From Parcubacteria group bacterium Gr01-1014_30 (GTDB taxonomy: Bacteria > Patescibacteriota > Minisyncoccia > Minisyncoccales > 2-12-FULL-40-12): a stretch of DNA of 64,000 nucleotides. Shown here piece after piece: positions 45,139-52,213 of this stretch. The notes beneath the pieces were generated by a model, which did not search any database, was not told where the DNA came from, and saw only the letters and a program-made list of their open reading frames with translations. The position numbers were made by a program, and so were the translations under genes. Where the stretch lies: positions 25,983 through 89,982 of the forward strand of contig VMFS01000003.1 of NCBI GenBank assembly GCA_007376185.1, in the 5' to 3' direction. Within the stretch, counting starts at the first letter, position 1. Every line of letters begins with the position of its first letter.

Positions 45139-46344
45139 ATGGAATACCGCATAAATTTTATAAACAACAGCTACCGCCGGTTTGCAAAGGCGCACAAAGA
45201 AGAGCTGATTTCGGCTTTTTGGGACTGTTTAGAAAGAGGGGCTTTGACCTTAAGAGAGGAGGTTTCTAAGTTTGAAGACAACTTGGCAAACTTTGTGGGC
45301 ACCAAATACGCAATAGGCGTTAACTCGGGCACAGACGCCTTGTTTTTATCTTGCAAGGCATTGGGAATAAAAGGAAACTGGAATTATCTCTTGGAAAGAG
45401 TGTATGCCGGAGAAATCACAATAGATGAGGCCAACAAATTGTTTGAGGGTGACGAACTAATTACGGTATCACACACTTTCATTGCCTCAATACAATGCAT
45501 TGTTAACTGTGGCGCCAAACCGGTGTTGGTTGATGTTGGCGAGAACGAATTGATGAATCCTGAACTCATTGAGCCGGCAATAACCGAGCGGACAAAAGCC
45601 ATTTTGCCAGTGCACTTTCACGGAAAGGTGTGCGATATGGACGCCATTTTGGACATAGCCGCTAAACATAATTTACACATTATTGAGGACGCGGCCCAGG
45701 CACTGGGTTCCTCTTATAAAGGTAAAATGGCAGGCAGTTTTGGAGACGCGGGGTGTTTCAGTTTTAACACGGCAAAGCTTTTGGGCGGTTTTGGCGATGG
45801 AGGAGGTATCGTTACAAACAGTAGAGATTTGTGCGAAAAACTTTATCTTTTGAGAAACCACTGGAATATGGCGCAAACGTCCGTAAGAATGTCCGATTTC
45901 CCCACGCCTGAAATTGTGCAGTGGGCGTGGAAGTCGCGGCTGGATAACGTGCAGGCCGCTTTGCTCAACGTCAAGTTCAAATACTACAGAGACCTTCTGG
46001 TCAGGCGCAAGCAGATTGCGGATATGTATTGCGAAGGATTGAAGGGCTTGCCTTTGAAACTGCCAAAGTATGGGGAAGGCGACGTGATTCAGGAATTTAT
46101 CGTGCGTATAGGAAATGAGGAGGAGCGGGAAAAGTTCAAGAAATTTATGGATGAAAAAGGCATTGAGGTTTTGATTCGCGAAACAACGCCAAATCACAAG
46201 GTGAAAAATTTGTACTTGGACCATTTTTCTTTGCCCGTGACCGAAAGCATTTCCAAGGACGCGGTAAGATTACCTACTTACCCTGAGCTTGAAGACAGCG
46301 AAGTGGATGAGATTATAGGGGCTATTAGAGAGTTCTATAAATAA
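45139..46344 (+). CDS. DegT/DnrJ/EryC1/StrS-family sugar aminotransferase
   Basis: GVNSGTDALFL. IIEDAAQALGS. SFNTAKLLGGFGDGGG (the Lys is present). Carries a ~35-aa insert (GNWNYLLERVYAGEITIDEANKLFEGDE). Confidence 0.8.
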   Translation: MEYRINFINNSYRRFAKAHKEELISAFWDCLERGALTLREEVSKFEDNLANFVGTKYAIGVNSGTDALFLSCKALGIKGNWNYLLERVYAGEITIDEANKLFEGDELITVSHTFIASIQCIVNCGAKPVLVDVGENELMNPELIEPAITERTKAILPVHFHGKVCDMDAILDIAAKHNLHIIEDAAQALGSSYKGKMAGSFGDAGCFSFNTAKLLGGFGDGGGIVTNSRDLCEKLYLLRNHWNMAQTSVRMSDFPTPEIVQWAWKSRLDNVQAALLNVKFKYYRDLLVRRKQIADMYCEGLKGLPLKLPKYGEGDVIQEFIVRIGNEEEREKFKKFMDEKGIEVLIRETTPNHKVKNLYLDHFSLPVTESISKDAVRLPTYPELEDSEVDEIIGAIREFYK

Positions 46345-46417
46345 ACCCCGTAATACAACTTCCAGCACGCTTCGCGTGCAAAATCGCTGAAAGCGACTGG
46401 AAGATGATATACGGGGT
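46345..46417 (+). repeat. Y-shaped structured repeat, copy 1 (candidate ncRNA / REP-like element)
   Basis: accccgta-atacaa-cttccag-[cacgc ttc gcgtg]-caaaa-[tcgct gaa agcga]-ctggaag-atgata-tacggggt. Confidence 0.7.
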
Positions 46418-46425
46418 AAATAAAC

Positions 46426-48309
46426 TTGTTTTCCGTTTCTAAAAAAATTTTCTTTGAAAATAGACCTTTAACAAAGTTGGCGTTTTTTACTTTGGCCGAC
46501 GCGGTCCTACTTGCTTTTTCGGTTCTCTTGGCTTTTTTGGTTAGATTTGAAGGCCAGATTCCACAAAGATATTATTTGAACATTTTGGGCATAATGCTTT
46601 TTGGCTGGGTTATTACTTTGCCTGTTTTTTATTTTTTTCGACTTTACCGTTTTACTTGGCGGTACGTCTCAACCCAGGAGCTGGTTCAGCTCGTTAAGGG
46701 CACAGCTCTCAGCTTTTTGTTGCTGACCGGAGTTTTTTTCGTTTTAAGAGACCTGACAATTTTTTCGGGATTTCCCAGATCAGCCCTTTTTATCACTTAC
46801 TTTTTTGTCTTCGTTTTGACGGGCGGCCTACGTTTTGCCAAGCGGCTTTGGCTGCAGCTTTCTCCTCTTGCTAAAATGGGATCTAAAGAGAGAATCTTGA
46901 TTGCGGGAGCTGGCGACGCAGGAGAGCTGATTTTGAGAAATATTTTAAACACAAAAAATCCCTACCAGGTTATCGGTTTTGTAGACGACTCGCATGCAAG
47001 ACAGGGAGTGTCTATACACGGCGTTGAGGTTTTTGGCAAAATCGCGGATATTCCGCGGATTGTAGTGAAAAAGAATATTGAAGGCTTGATTGTGGCTATG
47101 CCATCGGCCGACTCTAGAGCCATTCAAGAAGCCGTTCAAAAAGCAAGGGAAGCGGGGCTAAAAAAAATTAAGATAATTCCGCCGATTGAAGACGTATTTG
47201 CCGGCAAAGTTACTCTGGCGCAGCTGAGAGAAGTTCAAATGGAAGATTTGCTTTCCAGAGACGTTGTTTTGACCGACAGAAGGCCTATTGCAGAGTTCCT
47301 GAAAAACAAAGTTGTTCTGGTCACGGGAGCTGCCGGTTCCATAGGATCTGAACTATGTCGCCAGATAGCCCTTTTTGTTCCTTCTGCGTTAATTATGTTG
47401 GACCAGGACGAGACGGGTATTTTTAATATCGCAGAGGAACTAAAAGACCGTTTCCCCGACCTGAAAAGAGTCCCGCGGATTTGCGACATTGGCGATGAGG
47501 CAAAAATTGAAAGTATATTCTTGGAGTTTCGCCCTGCCGTTTTGTTTCACGCGGCGGCTTACAAGCACGTTCCTTTAATGGAGGAAAACTCAGACGAAGC
47601 CGTGAAAAACAACGTTTTTGGCACAAGAGTTGTGGCAGAGGCGGCTTTGAGAAACGGCGTGGACACCTTTGTGTACATAAGCACCGACAAAGCCGTAAAT
47701 CCGACGTCGGTGATGGGTGCGACAAAAAGGGTTGGCGAGATGATTTGTCAATCGTTGCAGGGACAAGGTAAAACAAAGTTTGCCTCGGTCAGATTCGGCA
47801 ACGTTTTGGACAGTCGGGGGAGCGTTATACCTGTTTTCCGTGAGAAAATCAAAAAGAGAGAACCGATCCAAGTAACCCATCCTGAAATGAAGCGTTATTT
47901 TATGATGACGTCGGAGGCATGCTTGCTGGTTTTGCAGGCAGGCGCCATGGGCAAAGGGGGTGAGGTTTTCGTTCTGGACATGGGTAATCCCATAAAAATT
48001 TTGGAACTGGCAAAAGAAATGATTAAATTGTCGGGCTTGGAACCCGACCGCGACATACCCATTGTTTTCACTGAGCCAAGACCCGGAGAAAAACTTTTTG
48101 AAGAGATAATGTCGGCTGAAGAGGGGACAATAGCTACTCAAAACCAAAAGATTTTCATAGCAAAACTGTCAGAAATTAACGGAAGTCAGTTAGAGCAAGG
48201 ACTGGAAAATTTAAAAAAAGAGGTATATAATGGCAAAAAAGAAGAGATAATCCAGGTTTTAAAAGAAGTTGTTCATAGTTACAAACCAAATGCCGTTTTC
48301 GCCGACTAA
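46426..48309 (+). CDS. Membrane-anchored nucleotide-sugar 4,6-dehydratase (CapD/PglF/WbpM family)
   Basis: Four N-terminal TM helices. VLVTGAAGSIGSELCRQI. YISTDKAVNPTSVMGATKR. Confidence 0.8.
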   Translation: MFSVSKKIFFENRPLTKLAFFTLADAVLLAFSVLLAFLVRFEGQIPQRYYLNILGIMLFGWVITLPVFYFFRLYRFTWRYVSTQELVQLVKGTALSFLLLTGVFFVLRDLTIFSGFPRSALFITYFFVFVLTGGLRFAKRLWLQLSPLAKMGSKERILIAGAGDAGELILRNILNTKNPYQVIGFVDDSHARQGVSIHGVEVFGKIADIPRIVVKKNIEGLIVAMPSADSRAIQEAVQKAREAGLKKIKIIPPIEDVFAGKVTLAQLREVQMEDLLSRDVVLTDRRPIAEFLKNKVVLVTGAAGSIGSELCRQIALFVPSALIMLDQDETGIFNIAEELKDRFPDLKRVPRICDIGDEAKIESIFLEFRPAVLFHAAAYKHVPLMEENSDEAVKNNVFGTRVVAEAALRNGVDTFVYISTDKAVNPTSVMGATKRVGEMICQSLQGQGKTKFASVRFGNVLDSRGSVIPVFREKIKKREPIQVTHPEMKRYFMMTSEACLLVLQAGAMGKGGEVFVLDMGNPIKILELAKEMIKLSGLEPDRDIPIVFTEPRPGEKLFEEIMSAEEGTIATQNQKIFIAKLSEINGSQLEQGLENLKKEVYNGKKEEIIQVLKEVVHSYKPNAVFAD

Positions 48310-50461
48310 AGAAAAATTAGAGAGAATATGTCTTACCATTATTGAGTGGGGTGTTTATTTGGCCTTGTTTTCGCCTTTGATTTTTATCAGGAATTATTTT
48401 TTCCCTTTTGTTGCCCCCAAGACGATTTTTTTCCGTCTCATTATTGACGTTGTTTTCATTGCCTACCTGATATTGGCGGTTTCAATTCCAAAATATCGCC
48501 CTAAAATAACTCCCTTGTCTTTGGCAATCGCCGCCTTTTTAGCGATATTCTTTTTAACCGCAATTTTCGGAGTGAGCTTTCAGAGGAGTTTTTGGAGCGT
48601 TTTTGAAAGAATGACCGGACTTTTAACCTTCTTGCACCTTTTCGCTTTTTACGTTGTTTTGACGGCAGTTTTTACAGAAAGAAAGCAGTGGGAAAAGATT
48701 TTATTTGTTTCAATCGTAGCAGCCCTTGTTATTTGTTTTTACGCTTTGCTCGCAAAAGACCCTTTGACTCGCGGCGGAGGGACTTTGGGCAACTCGTCTT
48801 TTCTTTCCTCTTACCTTCTTTTTAACATCTTCTTTGCCGCAATTTTGATGGTGTCAAAAGCCGGCCTCTGGAGAGTTGTTTCAGGGGTGGCTCTGGCTAT
48901 TTTCTTGTTTGTTTTGTTCTTTAACCCGGTTACCGTTACCAAGGGAGTTGTTTCTGCCCTTCTCATAGGAGCGGTTTTGCTTGGAACAGGATATATGTTT
49001 TTTTCGCAAAACAGACTTCTGAAAAAACTGGCTGCACCCTTTTTTATTTTGATGGTTGTCGCGGGAGTACTTATCGTCAAGAGTTACCATTTTCAAGACA
49101 GACCTTTTAATTTATTGCAAATTCCCGACAGGTCACGGCAAATTGTCTGGAGTGTTGGTTGGCAGGCCTGGCAGGAAAGGTTTTGGTTTGGCTGGGGTTG
49201 GGAAAACTTCAACGTTCCCTTCGCCAAACACTACGACCCCGAACTTCCCCGGACCGCCGACATCTGGTACGACCGAGTTCACAACGTTGTCTTGGACATG
49301 GGTGTAAGTTCTGGAGTTGTTGGACTGTTAAGTTATTTATCAATCTTTTTCTTTGCTGCTTTAGGGTTGTTAAGACGCGCCAAAGCTGATGCCAGAGGCA
49401 ACTTTGTTCCGTTGGCTCTGGTTGCCTTACTTATTGCTTATTTTCTGCAAAACCTTTGGGTTTTTGACATGATTTCAAGCTACCTAATGTTTTTCTTAGC
49501 GCTGGCTTTCATAGGTTTTATGATTTCTTCTCAGGAAACAGACCAAACCAAGCTCAAAACTGTTCCGCTGTCGCCGTTTGTCGCGGCTGTTCTAATAATT
49601 TTGACTGTATTTGTTTTTTTTATCGGGAATATTCAGCCAGCCAGAGCTTCAAAAGCAATTCTAAGGGGGCTTGCCTTGCCTTTGGAGCAGTCCCTGCCCG
49701 CTTTTCAGAGCGCGTTTAAATTATCTCCGATGGTGAAGTTTGAAGGGCCCGAACAACTATCTTTTAGAATTACTGGCTTACTTTCTCAAGACAATCTAAA
49801 TAAAGAGCTGCTTCGCCAAGGGCTCCAGCTGGCAGAGCAAGAATTTAAAAAAGCTATTGAAAGGAACCCTTCAGACTTCAGAATGTATTTATTTTTGGGC
49901 AGGCATTACAATTATTTTTACTCTTTTGACAACGACCAAAAAAAGTTGGACAAAGCCGATGAATCTTTGATGAGAGCTATGGAGTTGAGCCCCGCAAACC
50001 AGCAGGTCTATCTTAACTTCGCGCAATTGCGGTTTTTGCAGGGCAGGGATGAGGAAGCCCTTGATTTTTTGAAAAAAGCAAGGGATTTAGAACCCCTATT
50101 TTTCGGAGTCAGATGGCACTTGCTTCGCGGTTACAAACTGGCCGGAAAATACGACTTGGCCTTAGCCGAGTTAAAAGAATTAGAGTTAGCTGGCCTTGAT
50201 TGGTGGGAGATCTTGGAAACTTTGAGAGAAGGCATAGAAATTCTTGAAAAAACTGGAGAGGAGCTTTCAGTTTTGGTTCCGCTTTACGAAAAAGGCGTCC
50301 AACTGAACCCTCAAGACATCGCTTTGTGGGAGAAGTTGGTTAATGGCTATATTGGTCTGGGCGAAGTAGAAAAGGCGAAAACAGCTGCGGAAAAATTGCG
50401 CGAGATAAGACCGGAATTTGCGCCTCAAGTTGAACAGCTCTTGAAACAGATGGGGTTTTAG
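48290..50461 (+). CDS. O-antigen ligase/polymerase-like membrane protein with C-terminal TPR domain (paralog of 1-2145)
   Basis: WGWENFNVPFAKHYDP...YDRVHNVVLDMGVSSG. TPR-like C-terminus (FLGRHYNYFYSFDNDQKKLDKADESLMRAMELSP etc.). ATG at 48290. Confidence 0.75.
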   Translation: MPFSPTKEKLERICLTIIEWGVYLALFSPLIFIRNYFFPFVAPKTIFFRLIIDVVFIAYLILAVSIPKYRPKITPLSLAIAAFLAIFFLTAIFGVSFQRSFWSVFERMTGLLTFLHLFAFYVVLTAVFTERKQWEKILFVSIVAALVICFYALLAKDPLTRGGGTLGNSSFLSSYLLFNIFFAAILMVSKAGLWRVVSGVALAIFLFVLFFNPVTVTKGVVSALLIGAVLLGTGYMFFSQNRLLKKLAAPFFILMVVAGVLIVKSYHFQDRPFNLLQIPDRSRQIVWSVGWQAWQERFWFGWGWENFNVPFAKHYDPELPRTADIWYDRVHNVVLDMGVSSGVVGLLSYLSIFFFAALGLLRRAKADARGNFVPLALVALLIAYFLQNLWVFDMISSYLMFFLALAFIGFMISSQETDQTKLKTVPLSPFVAAVLIILTVFVFFIGNIQPARASKAILRGLALPLEQSLPAFQSAFKLSPMVKFEGPEQLSFRITGLLSQDNLNKELLRQGLQLAEQEFKKAIERNPSDFRMYLFLGRHYNYFYSFDNDQKKLDKADESLMRAMELSPANQQVYLNFAQLRFLQGRDEEALDFLKKARDLEPLFFGVRWHLLRGYKLAGKYDLALAELKELELAGLDWWEILETLREGIEILEKTGEELSVLVPLYEKGVQLNPQDIALWEKLVNGYIGLGEVEKAKTAAEKLREIRPEFAPQVEQLLKQMGF

Positions 50462-50471
50462 AAAATACTTG

Positions 50472-50779
50472 ACCCCGCCCTTGAAAAGCTCCTCTTCTTT
50501 CTGTATGCACTACGTCTATGTTTTGAGAATGAACAACAAAAGAGCATATATTGGTTTCACCACTGACCTTAGAAAAAGAGTTCAAGAACATAAAACAGGC
50601 AAAGTATTTACAACTAGCAAATATCTCCCAGTTCGTCTTGTCTACTACGAATGCTACCTATCTAGGGATGATGCAGAAAGAAGAGAAAGAATGCTCAAAC
50701 GATATGGCAGCACGTGGTCTCATTTGATGCGGAGAATAACAAAAAGTTTCAGAGTATAAGAGCTTTTCAAGGGCGGGGT
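50472..50779. mobile_element. GIY-YIG gene cassette bracketed by a perfect 20-bp inverted repeat
   Basis: accccgcccttgaaaagctc at 50472-50491. Its exact reverse complement gagcttttcaagggcggggt is at 50760-50779. Confidence 0.65.
50505..50759 (+). CDS. Small GIY-YIG nuclease family protein (COG2827/UPF0213-like)
   Basis: MHYVYVLRMNNKRAYIGFTTDLRKRVQEHKTGK...LVYYECYLSRDDAERRERMLK. Confidence 0.75.
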   Translation: MHYVYVLRMNNKRAYIGFTTDLRKRVQEHKTGKVFTTSKYLPVRLVYYECYLSRDDAERRERMLKRYGSTWSHLMRRITKSFRV

Positions 50780-50807
50780 TGACAAATTCATTTCTTTTTG
50801 CTAAGCT
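50779..50807 (+). promoter_or_regulatory. Sigma70-like promoter TTGACA-17-TAAGCT
   Basis: TTGACA at 50779-50784 overlaps the outer edge of the right inverted repeat. TAAGCT at 50802-50807. Confidence 0.35.
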
Positions 50808-50813
50808 ACTATA

Positions 50814-50971
50814 GTGAGTGCCCCCGTCCTCTAGGCTGTTTATTATCTTTTTTAGACAATCAGTCACTCAGAAACAAGAATGATTTATGAGGACATTATA
50901 TACGGCATAGAGGGCGGGGAACTTCGCTAAGTCGACGACAGGCTTTCCTCGAGCAAAGCCTGTCGTTTTTT
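50814..50971 (+). ncRNA. Candidate ~160-nt non-coding transcript (promoter to intrinsic terminator, no real ORF)
   Basis: Long-range stem ccccgtcctcta (50822-50833) with tagagggcgggg (50908-50919), with one G-U pair. Ends in terminator cgacaggcttt-cctcgagc-aaagcctgtcg-tttttt (50935-50971). The only ORF is a 16-codon micro-ORF. Confidence 0.35.
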
Positions 50972-51105
50972 ATTGAGATATGAGGACTTCATATTTTGAG
51001 AGGCAAAATGAGTATATTTACATCCCTGATTTAAGAACCTATGCCAACGCATAAACTCACCCCACTCTGCTACTCACTATATTTATACCCACTGCCCACT
51101 GGCTA

Positions 51106-51185
51106 TTGACAGCTTATGAGGGTTTGCTATACTGACAATGTGATGACACTCTGGAGTATCCGCAAGGATAGCTCCAGATTTTTTA
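51106..51185 (+). promoter_or_regulatory. Near-consensus promoter (TTGACA-16-TATACT) followed within ~20 nt by a terminator hairpin
   Basis: TTGACA at 51106-51111. TATACT at 51128-51133. Hairpin ctggagtatcc-gcaa-ggatagctccag at 51151-51177, then tttttt. Confidence 0.4.
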
Positions 51186-51219
51186 TTTCTGGCTTATTTC
51201 AGCTTTGAGCTTGCGTAAA

Positions 51220-51654
51220 TCAATGAATTTGGCTCATAATCCGCTTGCCTGCTTTCTTTATTCGGTCAATCGGCACAGCAAAATCACTGTCTCCTGACGA
51301 AAGTACTGCTGTATCATATTTCTCTTTTGTGTCATCCATTTCAAAAGCAAGCTCCATATCCAAATTACCTTTCCACTCCTCTTTGCCGCTTTTTCGGTCT
51401 TTAATCCTTTTTACTACTTTTGTCCTCAAGATATAGCCGTTTATCTCAAGCATATCTAAAAATTTCCTCTGTCCCGTATTGAATTCGTCCACGCCTTTGT
51501 AGATAAAACACTTCGTCTCATCGCCACACTCTTTTTTAAGGTAGCTCATCAGTTTTTGATACGATATTTTCCAACCCAAAGTTCGCTGGGAATAAAATAC
51601 ATTTTCGGCGTCTATAAAAACATAAACCCTGTCTTTCACAAATTGGTGTAGCAT
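51220..51654 (-). CDS. NYN/LabA-like (PIN-related) domain protein
   Basis: VYVFIDAENVFYS...KGNLDMELAFEM...AVLSSGDSDFAVPIDRIKKAGKR. Confidence 0.7.
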   Translation of the reverse strand: MLHQFVKDRVYVFIDAENVFYSQRTLGWKISYQKLMSYLKKECGDETKCFIYKGVDEFNTGQRKFLDMLEINGYILRTKVVKRIKDRKSGKEEWKGNLDMELAFEMDDTKEKYDTAVLSSGDSDFAVPIDRIKKAGKRIMSQIH

Positions 51655-51690
51655 AGAACTATTTTTTACTTTATCAGATTTTCGTAATTT

Positions 51691-51948
51691 TTGTCACCTA
51701 TTTTCTTGCAAGACAGATTAAAGTTATCAATCCACCCCGACAAAATCTTCATTAAAACTTTAGCTTCCGGCGTTGACTTCTTGGGCTGGGTTCATTTCCC
51801 GGACCACAGAGTTTTAAGAACAACGACAAAGAGGAGGATGTTCAGAAGAATACAGAAATCACCAGCTCAAGAAACTATAAACTCATACCTTGGCTTAATT
51901 AGATGGGGTAATGCTTGCAAGCTGCGAAATAGAATCTTAGCCGATTAA
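51691..51948 (+). pseudogene. C-terminal remnant of a reverse transcriptase (DGR/retron/group II-like thumb region)
   Basis: FLQDRLKLSIHPDKIFIKTLASGVDFLGWVHF...RRMFRRI...INSYLGLIRWGNACKLRNRIL. No palm (YxDD) region is encoded upstream. Confidence 0.55.
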
Positions 51949-52039
51949 ACCCATTTATTTTTCCCAAGTTTCTGATATAGTATGGTTGGGCGACAGGCAG
52001 CACTCACTAAAGACTTAGTATTGGAGTTAACTCTGTCGC

Positions 52040-52205
52040 CCATTTGTGGTAATACAACTTTCAGAAGACGAAGCCAACTTTCGTCTCCGGAAGTGGTACA
52101 ACCACGTTCCTTGTAAAGATTGGTGCGGGGCAAGCGGGGAAACCTGTGGGTTTCTAGGTCGGGAGTTTCCGCTCCGCGGAAAACTCTCGCGACCCGACCG
52201 ACCCC
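52040..52205 (+). repeat. Cluster of degenerate palindromic modules in the murB leader
   Basis: ggtaatacaactttcag...ccggaagtggtacaacc resembles the Y-repeat. Also gaaacc-tgtg-ggtttc. Nested hairpin ggtcggg-[agtttccgc tcc gcggaaaact]-ctcgcga-cccgacc. Confidence 0.45.
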
Positions 52206-52213
52206 CTTCCGAT

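Noticed and set aside
45111-45139. A promoter-like TTGGAC-17-TATATA upstream of the DegT gene.
   Set aside because: The -10 hexamer overlaps the ATG at 45139, so transcription would begin inside the coding sequence. It is probably a fortuitous AT-rich match.
45673-46224. A 183-aa ORF on the minus strand, and similarly 47590-48147 (185 aa), 47423-47776, 4433-4822, 24138-24482 and many 60-130-aa ORFs in the track.
   Set aside because: They lie entirely antisense to long ORFs that have clear family motifs (DegT, CapD and others). They have no recognisable motifs, and their composition is that of shadow frames.
46345-46417. The Y-shaped repeats as tRNA or tRNA-like genes (7-bp outer stem, ~75 nt).
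   Set aside because: The topology is outer stem, then a second stem, then two hairpins. That is not a cloverleaf. There is no T-loop GTTCGAATC-like or D-loop consensus, and one copy overlaps a stop codon.
50760-52213. A complete diversity-generating retroelement or retron around the RT fragment.
   Set aside because: Only the C-terminal ~85 aa of the RT are encoded. I could not find a TR/VR-like repeat pair or an msr/msd-like structure nearby by eye.
52046-52213. N-terminal extensions proposed by the ORF track: murB from 52046, also 14156-14251, 30781-30915, 8728-8769, 27449-27502 and 50469-50504.
   Set aside because: The extensions overlap upstream genes or repeat DNA and lack homology. Internal ATGs give N-termini matching the family starts (e.g. 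MALLFKKKVLLKNHTTFRIGG for MurB).
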